Assembly: GCA_965649825.1 (NCBI GenBank)
Contig: OZ287697.1
Coordinates: 2,218,351-2,282,350 of the forward strand
DNA from: Penicillus capitatus
Lineage: Eukaryota > Plantae > Chlorophyta
Direction: 5' to 3'
DNA: 64,000 nt
Translations under genes and position numbers: made by a program
Notes under the pieces: model-generated
Databases searched by the model: none
The model's input: the letters and a program-made list of their open reading frames with translations, nothing else
Told to the model about the DNA's origin: nothing
Shown: positions 46,876 to 60,327 of the stretch, in pieces
Numbering within the stretch: the stretch's first letter is position 1
Layout of the letters: the number at the start of each line of letters is the position of its first letter

Positions 46876-48823
46876 GCGTCCATCCTCCTTTCCGTTTCAA
46901 AAAACGGCCATTCCCAACAAGTCCAAAGGCATAGTCTTGTGGCTTTACGGCACCACCCGGCTGAAACAAGTGTTCCCTGATGAAAGTCCATTTCGATTTG
47001 TTGAAAATGTCATCTCCGATGTTCGTGTTCCATGCGAGATTGGCAATTCTCCGAGAGAAGAGATAGGAATAGTATCGTGCACCGTACGTTGTCAGATGCG
47101 TTAGCCATGCCTCTTTGAATGTGCCTGGGACATAAGGAACAGACCCGTTCTCCGAGACAACACGCTCCAGTACTTCCCCCGTCGTCCATTCTGCCTCTGC
47201 ATGACTTTCAGCATGGATAAGCTGATCAAATAGAGCGATCTGGATCTGTTCCTGTGTTCTTAAGCTTGAGAACAGACGATTCACTTTGATCAGATTTTCT
47301 AACGACGTTCGAGGAGTGAGCAGATGAGACTTGCGGTTGACGCCAGCCAGATACTGCAAGGCATCAGGAGAATATGCCATGTTTTCAAAGAAGTGCGAGG
47401 GAATCTCAACCAGATCCAACGGTCCTCGTGTTCCAAAGAGATGCTGAAACCGTGTCTTGGACAACAACGAGTGCAGGACATGACCAAATTCATGCAACAG
47501 ACTTCTCAAGTCGAAGAAGCTCAGTCTCCTGGAGGAGAAGTTGGTGATCAGTGCAATGATTGGCGTCTGATATTGACCATCATGCAGGTCCCTTCCACAC
47601 CTCAATGTATAGTGTGCGTTTTCTGGTCTCTTGTTCTGTCTTCCCAACAAATCCAAGTAGAGGTGACCGATGAAATCACCATCCTTGGCTTGGCGAAATG
47701 CAAACGCCTGCACATTGCTATCCCAACAATCATCCGTCTCTAACTCAATCATCTCTATATCCATGCATCGGTCGAGAATTTGGGCAATTCCGTTGATGAC
47801 AGACTGCATGTCGAAATCGGCGAAGATGGCGGATCCATAGCTGTCTACAACTTGCTTTCGTTTCAGGGCTGTGTAGTAGGGAACGTCCCAAGCAGAAATC
47901 GCCGACCCTTTCATTTCTTGGAGAATCTTGATTTCGTCATCGGCGGCGGGCTTTAGATGCACAGCCATGTCTGTCAGATAGTCCATAACAGCTTCTGGAT
48001 CCACTGCAATAGAATCCTGCAGCTTGAAATGAGCGAAAGACTTCCAGCCTAGTGTGCCAGACCAAAGCCTCCTCACATTCAACAGTTCCTTCAACGTTTC
48101 CACATTCTGCTGAAGAGACTGAAAATGTGCACAATACGCTCTCTCCCTAAGGCTTTCGTCACTAACAGAATGTACGATCGCCAGATAGTGGGAGGGAGTT
48201 ATTGGCAGATGGTACTGCCCCTGATGTTGGACGCAGAGATCTCTCAGATGATCCGGAAGCATGGATGTGTCTTTCAAAGATAATGGATTGCTTTCCTTGT
48301 GTTCGGCAACGCATCTCTGAAATCTCATAGTCAGTGCATGCTCTGCAGATATATACTCTTGGACATCTTGACTCTTATTGCTTCCCATACCACAGTTCAC
48401 AAAATCTCGATGTAGGCTCTCTGCTACGATCTGTGTCTCCGACGTCCATTCTACGGAGGAGGATCTTGCAGCAAGAGATGCCTGTAATGCTGTGAATAAC
48501 TGCTCATTCGTGTTGAGTTTGCCAATATACTGAACAAGAAACTGCAGAGCACGTACAGAATGCGATCGCCAATTCTCGTCTGGATGATTGCTGTAGCAGA
48601 AATTGGCGACATCCGCAACGCGACAGACGGAGTCTGAGATCTCATCCAACACCGCGACCACTTCGGAACCCGGCGGAACGTGACCAATACGCGAGATCAG
48701 CCCATCCGTTTTCTTGATAGCCTCTCTGGTAACAGGAAGGAAATCTTCTGCGTTGTTGAGTCCATTCAGCCCGGCAAACCCCGTTAACTGCCTCAGAGCA
48801 ATCGAGACGAATCGTCGCGACAT
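46865..48823 (-). CDS. MIPEP: Mitochondrial intermediate peptidase (M3A metallopeptidase); intronless
   Basis: 652-aa single ORF; presequence MSRRFVSIALRQL; GHLYLDL, AHYTLRCGR, HEFGH zinc motif, GTRGPLDLVEIPSHFFE, HLTTYGARYYSY. Confidence 0.93.
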   Translation of the reverse strand: MSRRFVSIALRQLTGFAGLNGLNNAEDFLPVTREAIKKTDGLISRIGHVPPGSEVVAVLDEISDSVCRVADVANFCYSNHPDENWRSHSVRALQFLVQYIGKLNTNEQLFTALQASLAARSSSVEWTSETQIVAESLHRDFVNCGMGSNKSQDVQEYISAEHALTMRFQRCVAEHKESNPLSLKDTSMLPDHLRDLCVQHQGQYHLPITPSHYLAIVHSVSDESLRERAYCAHFQSLQQNVETLKELLNVRRLWSGTLGWKSFAHFKLQDSIAVDPEAVMDYLTDMAVHLKPAADDEIKILQEMKGSAISAWDVPYYTALKRKQVVDSYGSAIFADFDMQSVINGIAQILDRCMDIEMIELETDDCWDSNVQAFAFRQAKDGDFIGHLYLDLLGRQNKRPENAHYTLRCGRDLHDGQYQTPIIALITNFSSRRLSFFDLRSLLHEFGHVLHSLLSKTRFQHLFGTRGPLDLVEIPSHFFENMAYSPDALQYLAGVNRKSHLLTPRTSLENLIKVNRLFSSLRTQEQIQIALFDQLIHAESHAEAEWTTGEVLERVVSENGSVPYVPGTFKEAWLTHLTTYGARYYSYLFSRRIANLAWNTNIGDDIFNKSKWTFIREHLFQPGGAVKPQDYAFGLVGNGRFLKRKGGWTPML

Positions 48824-48853
48824 TAATTCCTTTCGACGTTTGCTTTCAGCAAA
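48824..48853. promoter_or_regulatory. 30-bp spacer between divergent start codons (MIP / TyrRS); putative bidirectional promoter
   Basis: CAT at 48821-48823 and ATG at 48854-48856, with both ORFs well supported. Confidence 0.6.
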
Positions 48854-50402
48854 ATGGCGGCGACCGATATCTCGGCCAAAGAAATTGAAGAAGAGAACGT
48901 CGAAGAGGTCAGCGACGCTGTTTCAGCAGCGGAATTGAAAGCAGCCATGGGAAAGAATTCAGAGGAGTCTGTTCTGCATAAACACGACGTGCACGAAACA
49001 GCTGTTTGCAGGCTGACGGCGGAGGACAAGTACATTCTCGTGCGCAGTGTTGGCGAAGAGTGCATCCAGGAAGAAGAACTCAGTCGTCTGTTGGCAAACA
49101 AACCCAATCCTGTTGCCTACGACGGATTCGAACCGTCCGGGAGAATGCACATTGCTCAAGTTTAGCTGCACGGTATCCAATACTGTCATCTGCTCATACT
49201 TTGTGCGTCAGGGAGTGTTGAAAGCACTCAACGTGAACAAGATTACCAAAGCTGGGTGCACCTTCAAGTTCTGGGTGGCTGATTGGTTTGCGCAGCTCAA
49301 CAATAAGATGGGCGGTGACTTGAAAAAGATCCAACAGGTTGGCAAGTATATGGTCGAAGTGTGGAAGGCAGTTGGGATGGACCTGGAGAAAGTACAATTC
49401 CTGAGTGCATCCGAAGAAATCAACAAACAGCCAGATGCTTACTGGACACTTGTCATGGATATTGCTGCGAAGAACAATCTCAAGAGAATTGTCCGATGTT
49501 CTCAGATCATGGGAAGATCCGAAACAGACGAACTGTCTGCCGCTCAGATATTCTATCCATGCATGCAATGTGCAGATATCTTCTTCCTGAAGGTCAGTCA
49601 ATGCATGCAGGAATGCGAGTGTTTTTTGATCCGGGTCGTTGCACAGGCTGACATCTGTCAGTTGGGAATGGATCAGAGAAAGGTCAACGTATTAGCCAGA
49701 GAATACTGTGACCAGATCAAACGGAAACTAAAACCTGTCATTCTGTCACATCCAATGATGCCGGGACTCCTACAAGTAGGCGACAAGATTCCAGAATGGA
49801 TTCCCTTCCGCTTGCTCGCTTGCATGATCAACTTTTTACAGGGTCAAGAAAAGATGTCTAAATCGGACCCAAATTCGGCGATCTTTATGGAGGATTCTGA
49901 AACGGATGTGAACTCGAAGATCAGACGAGCATTCTGCCCGCCAAACGAAATCGCTGCAAATCCATGTATTGCGTACGTCCGGCACATTGTGTTGCCATGG
50001 TTTGGACAGTTCACTGTATCCCGGAAACCTGAGAATGGAGGAGACAAGTGCAGCGCTGATCCTTCCAGTTCCATCGACATTGAGTGGTTGTCTGTTGTAG
50101 AACTTACGAGGATATGGATGTATTAGAGGCAGATTACATTTCAGGAGATCTGCATCCAGGTAGACAGCAAGCTTCGGTGCCATGAAAACGTATACGAAGG
50201 ACCTTTCGGTGTAGGTGACCTAAAGCCATCTCTGGCGAGACAGTTAAACATCATTCTGCAACCTGTCCGTGAGCATTTTGAAAAAGATCCTCAGGCAAAG
50301 GCACTTTTGACCCAGATCAAAGTAATCCGCAATCACGCATCATAACATGCATGACAGGGAGTCCAATTTTGCTGATTGCAGAAGTACAAGGTCACAAAAT
50401 GA
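48854..50402 (+). CDS. YARS: Cytosolic tyrosyl-tRNA synthetase
   Basis: YDGFEPSGRMHIAQ, WVADWFAQLNNK, YPCMQCADIF, DICQLGMDQRKVN, EKMSKSDP, LHPGDLKP (spliced). Confidence 0.96.
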
Positions 50403-50488
50403 GAGAAAAGGACAAGACATTGCATTGAGTATATATAACTGAGAAAATGCGACACGCTGCAAGGGGATGTGATGCTGCTACCAACCAT

Positions 50489-53884
<3,396 letters not shown>

Positions 53885-53987
53885 TCACATCGGAGATCTC
53901 AGCAGCGTTTCGGTGAACCCTTCGCCCTGCTGTCGTACTTTCCTTTTCACTTCCAGCACACCTCTCTGCTTTCCGCGACTCCAACAA

Positions 53988-54689
53988 ATGAACCGTTCAA
54001 AAGAGGTCCCTTCGTTGAGAGAATTAGCAACGAGAGCTGTGTATCGCGAGTACTTGAATGTGAAGGGGGTTGTACCCCTCATGCAACGATTTGAAGAGGT
54101 ACCTACTCCTTAAGTGATTACTGTATATCTACTGAATACATCTTGCCTTTCGAAGTAGATTGATTGGATGGTCGTGAACGGACCAGAGCTGAGACAGAGA
54201 TGTATACAATTCATTGTTTCCACCTATCCAAGCATCAGACAGAAGCACAGCGAGGAGGAAATGGAATCCCTTATTGGTAAAGAACTGAAGATGAATCTGG
54301 ATCAGGAAACTGAAGAAGTTCGCAAACACATCAAGAGAATAAAGAAACTTCGAGGGTCCGTCATTGAACGCCTGCCTTCACCGGGTTCATACTCAAAAGA
54401 ATTTGGCCGCCATGTTCCCAAACTTACTCGATCTGTTTCCGGTGATTGCCATTTTCAGCTGCAGGGGTACAGGTTCATTCCTGTTGGCTTTTATCTAGGA
54501 AAATCAGCTTATCCATATGAAAGTCTCCAAACAGGGAGGAAATGGCCATCAGACGTCAATCCTTCCAAAAGAGAAGAGCATTTGGACAGAGACGAATTTC
54601 AGGACATTTTTCAAGTCTCCTACGACACATATTGTTCCTATCCAAACTGGAAAAGAGTACAGATTAAGAAAGAGAAGAAGCTTTTCTGA
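53988..54689 (+). CDS. Small protein with a BC-box/BACK-like helical N-terminus and a C-terminal villin headpiece
   Basis: C-terminus PSDVNPSKREEHLDRDEFQDIF..SYDTYCSYPNWKRVQIKKEKKLF is a villin headpiece with the KKEK motif. N-terminus VPSLRELATRAV and ELRQRCIQFIVSTY. Confidence 0.78.
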
Positions 54690-54815
54690 CTGGATCTTCT
54701 CGAGCATATCGAGTTCCACGTTTCATTTGCTGTAAAACAAAATTCACAGACAGACAACAACCATTCGATAGCTCTGTTGAATGGACTACTAATGCAACAT
54801 GCTGTGAGCTGTTCA

Positions 54816-55385
54816 TTAAGGATAGAATGGATGCGGCGTGTTTAGAAATCCGGCCATCCACAACGCCAGAACAGCCACTGCTCCCAGGATTGCCAGACTT
54901 CTGTTCTGTTCTTCCTGGAAGATAATCTTCTTCATTGCATAGATCATTCTTTCTTCATCTGTTTCAGGCACAACTCTTCTTTCTGTCTTCTTCTCTTCAG
55001 AAAGTGAGTTACGCGTTTCTCGATCGGTCGACGTGTCAGATGGTCCCTCTTCCTCTTCATTGCTGTCGGACGGTTTGACAAATATCTCGGCAAATATGAA
55101 AGCAACGATGGTTAAAAGGATAATGTATTCCCATGGAAAATCTCTGATAACTTCTCCTTGTTTCAAAACGAGATCCCTGAATGTGTCTCCGTCAAATATG
55201 CGCTGCGGCCTTGGGAAGAATGTTTCTGGCCGAGGGAACAAATGCTTGGGTATCTCCCAAGAAAGAGGACGAGCTTGTATTGATAGGCGTTGTCTTCGAT
55301 GTCTGACAGTGAAAAGGACGCGGTGCTGTGTCCTTGTGGATATCTTGAAGCAAAACCTAGCGACCCGGTGCATCTCCGTCTGCAT
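54816..55385 (-). CDS. Hypothetical two-TM membrane protein with an organellar (plastid-like) transit peptide
   Basis: 189-aa ATG ORF; Arg-rich N-terminus; two hydrophobic segments (YIILLTIVAFIFAEIFV; LAILGAVAVLALWMAGF) flanking an acidic loop. Confidence 0.55.
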   Translation of the reverse strand: MQTEMHRVARFCFKISTRTQHRVLFTVRHRRQRLSIQARPLSWEIPKHLFPRPETFFPRPQRIFDGDTFRDLVLKQGEVIRDFPWEYIILLTIVAFIFAEIFVKPSDSNEEEEGPSDTSTDRETRNSLSEEKKTERRVVPETDEERMIYAMKKIIFQEEQNRSLAILGAVAVLALWMAGFLNTPHPFYP

Positions 55386-55608
55386 GGTAACCCCGTAGCC
55401 TCTGATGTGACAGGATGCGTCTTGTGGAGAGTATGTCGTCGACAGACGCAGCAGACATTGTCTGCTGATCTTTGTCTGCCATCACGACTCCCTTCTGCTA
55501 ATGGCATCGGTTGAGTGCTTCGTTTGACACTTTCGACATCATCGATGCGATACGTAAAAGACACGCATGTATCAGACATTTGGACACGATTGCGCTCGCG
55601 TGGAGAAC

Positions 55609-56494
55609 ATGGAGGACGTCGACAGGGTCCTCGACATTTGTCGAGGTGTCATTCGCAAAAAGAGCATCCGCATTCAAGAATTCTTCGTCGACTTTGATCG
55701 CCTGCGGTAGATTCCATTGTGTCGTTGGAATCTCTTTGCACTTACAGAATCGCGATGGGCCTGCTAACAGGACGGGAGTCGTTCACACGAATCATTTCAT
55801 CAGTGCTTTGGGAATTGGCGGAATCGACAGACTGCTTCATGTACACCCTGCTCATACTCAACCTCTATCTCCTGTTCACTCTATGCTTCCTTAAACGGCA
55901 CAGGAGAATGATTTGTCGACACTCGAACGCCACTATCTTATCGAAAGAGAAGGATTCCCTGATATGATCAATTATAAAGCGTTCTGTAACGATGTCGCCT
56001 CAAAGGTGCGACACATATCGGCTGTGACAGAATCCAGAGACATGCAAGAACACTCGTTCATTTCAGGGTCCGAATAGTGCGCCTTTTACGTATACCCTTC
56101 CAAGGAAGATGCTCGGATTAGAAGAGGAAGCTCGATTGCAAGAACTGGTGGCTGATATTGCCGAATGTTGTCGCAAAAAAGGTATCCAATCATCTTTGCT
56201 TAAAAGGAGAAAGGCATCTGGAGGAGTATCTCCCTCGTAGGGATTCTTGTTAAACCCATGTTTGTGGATTTTGCCAACAGCAACAACAGTACAAAGTTAG
56301 TGAGCCATGTGACAAAGCATCAGTTTCACAGAGTCCTCGATGCCAAACTCGGAATCCGACTCAGCGAAGAAGATGTACAACTGCTCTGTGAGAAATATTC
56401 CAATTCTGAGTACGTAGAAATGGTGAACTATATTGCCTTCTCGAACGATGTCATTCCAGAAGAAAGGCCATACAATCCATACACCGAAGTGTAA
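55609..56494 (+). CDS. EF-hand-like repeat protein (resembles cilia-associated uncharacterised proteins)
   Basis: Spliced repeats IRIQEFFVDFDRLR...HFISAL...LERHY...INYKAFCNDV and ILVKPMFVDF...VTKHQFHRVL...LLCEKY...VNYIAFSNDV show an internal duplication. Confidence 0.55.
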
Positions 56495-56811
56495 CCAATT
56501 CGAAAAGTGTGATGCTGACTCACTATATAGAAAGTAGTTTCCGGTAGACAGTACCAATTAACATGCCTCATTTGAATGACAGCGAGTCAGTCACCCCTTT
56601 CCATCGTTTTTTGACAGACACAGCACTTTGCTTTCTTGTCTGTTGGGTCGCCATAAATCAGTTATTCGCGTCGAGAACGTGCACATTTCGAAGCAACCGA
56701 AACGCCGGTCCATATTGCAAGGCCTATTTCATGCATGCGTCTGTATGAATCCACCGTATCCCTTCGGCGCACAGAAATCTCTTGTTCCAACGCACTTGCG
56801 GATGATCCGCT

Positions 56812-57117
56812 TCACTCAGGTACAGGCGCTGCTACGCTTTGCGTTTTGTTGGATCGATTCGTCTGCATCTGTCTTCGCGCTTCGATTCGAGGCCTCTCTT
56901 TCTAAACCTCAGGCGCATGAATTTACGGATCTATCTTCAAATGCCAGACAGTATAGGTCTCTCTGAGGAGAGATTGGAATGCCTCTGTGTCATCGCCCAC
57001 AACAATGTTGAAGGCGCATTCGTTTTCAGATTCGACATTTTTGTTTTTGTCTTTACTTAGTGCATCTCGAACGGCGATGGGATCTTTGGCAGAGCCACCA
57101 CCCCCAATGGATCTCAA
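56812..57117 (-). CDS. Possible small hypothetical protein (5' end unresolved)
   Basis: Open frame GGGGSAKDPIAVRDAL...LLRETYT could splice to KERPRIEARRQMQ...VPE*. No ATG start or homology recognised. Confidence 0.25.
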
Positions 57118-57388
57118 AAGGGGATGCTCTCATGTTTGATACAAACAGGCAGAGAGAGGGATGGAGAAAGGGAGGGAGGGACAATAGAGGCAAACGTCAA
57201 TGGATTTGAATCGTCAATTGTCCGTCCTCAATTTGATCTCTGTCACATCAGCGTGAGTCAACCTACGACCCGCCGCGGTAAAAAGACCTCAAACCTAACC
57301 TGCATTTCATCCACAGTCATTCCTTGCGCGTTTTCTCTCTCCGTCGCATTGTTCGTTTGTCAGCGGCAAAAGCTTCGTTTTTAAAAAA

Positions 57389-58169
57389 ATGGACGGAATT
57401 GTGAGAACGTTGTTGCAAGACTCCGCCGGCGAGGCAACTGAGCCCGAGGCGGCAATCGTCGAGGAAAAGCAAGATACAGCGCCCTTCTTTGGCTTCATCG
57501 GATCTGCAGCTGCGCTCGTGTTTGCATGTAAGGGGCGCGCTTTTTCGTTCTTCTCGGCGTCGAAAACGGTTAATTCGCTGTGCCTTGTTGTTTTTCGGTC
57601 GACCATCCAAGGCGGCTGTTCGCCGCCGCGTCTGTGCCTTTCTAAGCAGTGTGCGCAGGCATGGGTGCCGCTTATGGAACGGCAAAGAGTGGTGTGGGTA
57701 TCGCTTCTATGGGAGTCATGCGACCTGAATTGGTCATGAAGTCCATCGTGCCAGTGGTCATGGCTGGTGTGTTGGGTATCTATGGCCTCATTATCGCTGT
57801 CATTATCAGCACAGGAAGTAAGTGGTATTCACTCAACCTGTCTCGTTGCCGAGACTGTCTGTGCACGGACAGTTGAAGAAGAGGACTACAACCTGTTCAA
57901 GGGATACGGACACCTGGGTGCTGGATTGTCTTGCGGACTGGCTGGTCTTGCAGCTGGAATGGCTATTGGCATTGTCGGCGATGCAGGAGTCAGGTAAATC
58001 GTTGTCTTGTGTGTGATCCATTGACTTGTGTTGTCTTGTTCTGCCTAGAGCCAATGCACAACAGCCAAAACTGTTCGTTGGTATGATTCTGATTCTCATT
58101 TTCGCTGAGGCCTTGGCATTGTACGGTCTCATTGTCGGAATTATCCTTGCACAAAAGGCCACGGCCTAA
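57389..58169 (+). CDS. VHA-c: V-type H+-ATPase 16-kDa proteolipid subunit c
   Basis: [73 protein letters not shown] (proton-binding Glu). Confidence 0.98.
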
Positions 58170-58335
58170 AACAGCTTTCGAGACTAGGCAAATCTCTTTT
58201 GGCTTCTTCGATCTTTGCCTTGTTTCCCTTTGACGCTTAATTGTCGGTGTTTGAAGATGATTTTAAGGAATTTGGTCGATTTATATCTCCCAGCGGTGAA
58301 ACGACAGGTCGATTTCGATCCATCCATGTGCAATC

Positions 58336-60024
58336 ATGCCAAAGAAAAGGGTGGCTTACTTCTACGACAGTACGCCTGCACGGTTTAGCGACACACGATG
58401 TTCGATCGCTGCGTTGTCGATGGCAGATGCGCTTGGAAACTTCTACTTCGCCAAGAACCATCCCATGAAGCCACCACGGTTGGCGATGACGCATCACTTG
58501 ATTCTCGGATATCAGCTCCATGAGAAGATGGATATCTTTGTAAGCTGCCGCCTTTCTCTGTGCACAGACCTCTGACACGTCTCCTGTCCCCGAGCGGCCG
58601 CGTGAAGCTACGCCAGGCGAATTGTCTTCGTTTCACTCACCGGTCTGCGTCGAATGATCGATACCTCCGGGCCAATTCTTCTGTTGTCTACAGGAATATA
58701 TCGATTTCTTGTACGAAGTCAACATGGAAAACCAACATGTATCGATCTGCAGGCGCTAGACAGCAATGAAATGCAATGTGCTGTCAGCTATACACAGATG
58801 AATTCCAGAAGTTTGGCATTGACTGGGACTGTCCTGTTTTCGACGGATTGGCACAATTTTGCCAGCTGTACTCTGGAGCTTCCATGGGTTCGCTGCACCT
58901 ACCTGTCATTTCAGTTATCGATTGCCCTCACATACGTGTGTTCTATCGACAGAGGGCGCACAACTTCTAAACAGTGGACAATATGACATTGCCATCAACT
59001 GGTCTGGCGGATTGCATCACGCCAAGAAGCTGGGTGCATCTGGCTTCTGCTATGTGAACGATCTCGTTCTGGCAATTATTGAATTGCTAAAGTCAAATGC
59101 CCGCGTTCTTTATGTGGACATCGATGTGCACCATGGAGACGGGGTCGAAGAGGCATTTTACGCATCCGATCGGTGCGTCTCACGCTTCATTCTTCTTCCC
59201 ACACATGGTCTACATTCGAGTGTTTGTACCCATAGTGTTTTTACATTGAGCTTTCACAAGTATGGGGAGAGTTTTTTCCCTGGGACAGGTTCACTGAACG
59301 ACATCGGAGAGCAGATGGGACGATACTATGCGCTGAATGTCCCTCTTAAGGATGGAGTCGATGATGCATGCTTTCATTCTCTCTTCAAGCCCATTGTAGC
59401 AGAAATCATTCGTGTCTTTCATCCATCTGCCATCGTTCTGCAATGCGGTTGGTACTCCAAGTATCTCACCATAACCATCGCATGTTTCTTTGGATTGACA
59501 GGTGCGGACAGTCTGGCAAAGGATCGTCTGGGCGTCTTCAATCTATCACTGAGTGGACATTCGGAAGCCGTTCGTTACGTCAAGAGCTTCAACATACCGC
59601 TCCTTGTTACAGGCAATACTCTAACAGTAAAGGAGGGGCCAAGATGTATAAGCATTCCAGGTGGTGGAGGATACACAAAAACGAATGTGGCTCGATGTTG
59701 GGCTTATGAGACGTCTGTTTTGGTGGACACGCCCATTGACGAGCACATTCCTCCAAACATCTACTACGAATACTACTTGCCTGATCAGAAAATCAGCATT
59801 GAGCCAAAGAAGGACATCATCAACCGCAACTCAACATCGGTCTTACACTTGGGTCTGAACTGTTCTCAATGAACATGATGGGTCATTACAGGAGCTTGAC
59901 AGAATAAGGGCAAAGGTTGACGACCATCTCCGACACCTATCAAACGAATGCTGTGCGTCCTTGAATCCATCGATGGTATCGTCTGACTGGATCCGAGTGC
60001 TTTTGTTTGCAGGTTCTCGGCTGA
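58336..60024 (+). CDS. Class I histone deacetylase (HDA9/HDAC3-like)
   Basis: [78 protein letters not shown]. The 3' end could be 60024 or 60167. Confidence 0.95.
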
Positions 60025-60327
60025 AACGTTTTCCGCCTAAGAAGTGCTTATCTCAGATTCCAGTAGAGACAGAAGCCGAAGAAGACAACATTAGGAAATA
60101 CACTTGGCAGCATTTCCGAAGTCGCGAACATCCTGAAGAATCGATCACATCGCTGTCTTTCTTGTAAGTGTCTTTTCATTTTCCACGTCACTCTGTCGTC
60201 TGACGCGACGTTCTGCCGGAACGCGCGTGAATCTCCCCGGCAGCGGGTTGGAAGTTTGTCGCGTTGGCAGCCCCTTTTTCTTTCAGACCACACTCGCAGC
60301 GTCACATTCCTTCGTCTGTCTGCAACA

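Noticed and set aside
36968-48853. Functional gene cluster of proteases (Deg, trypsin-like pair, MIP)
   Set aside because: Different families, compartments and orientations, interspersed with unrelated housekeeping genes. The proximity is explained by high gene density.
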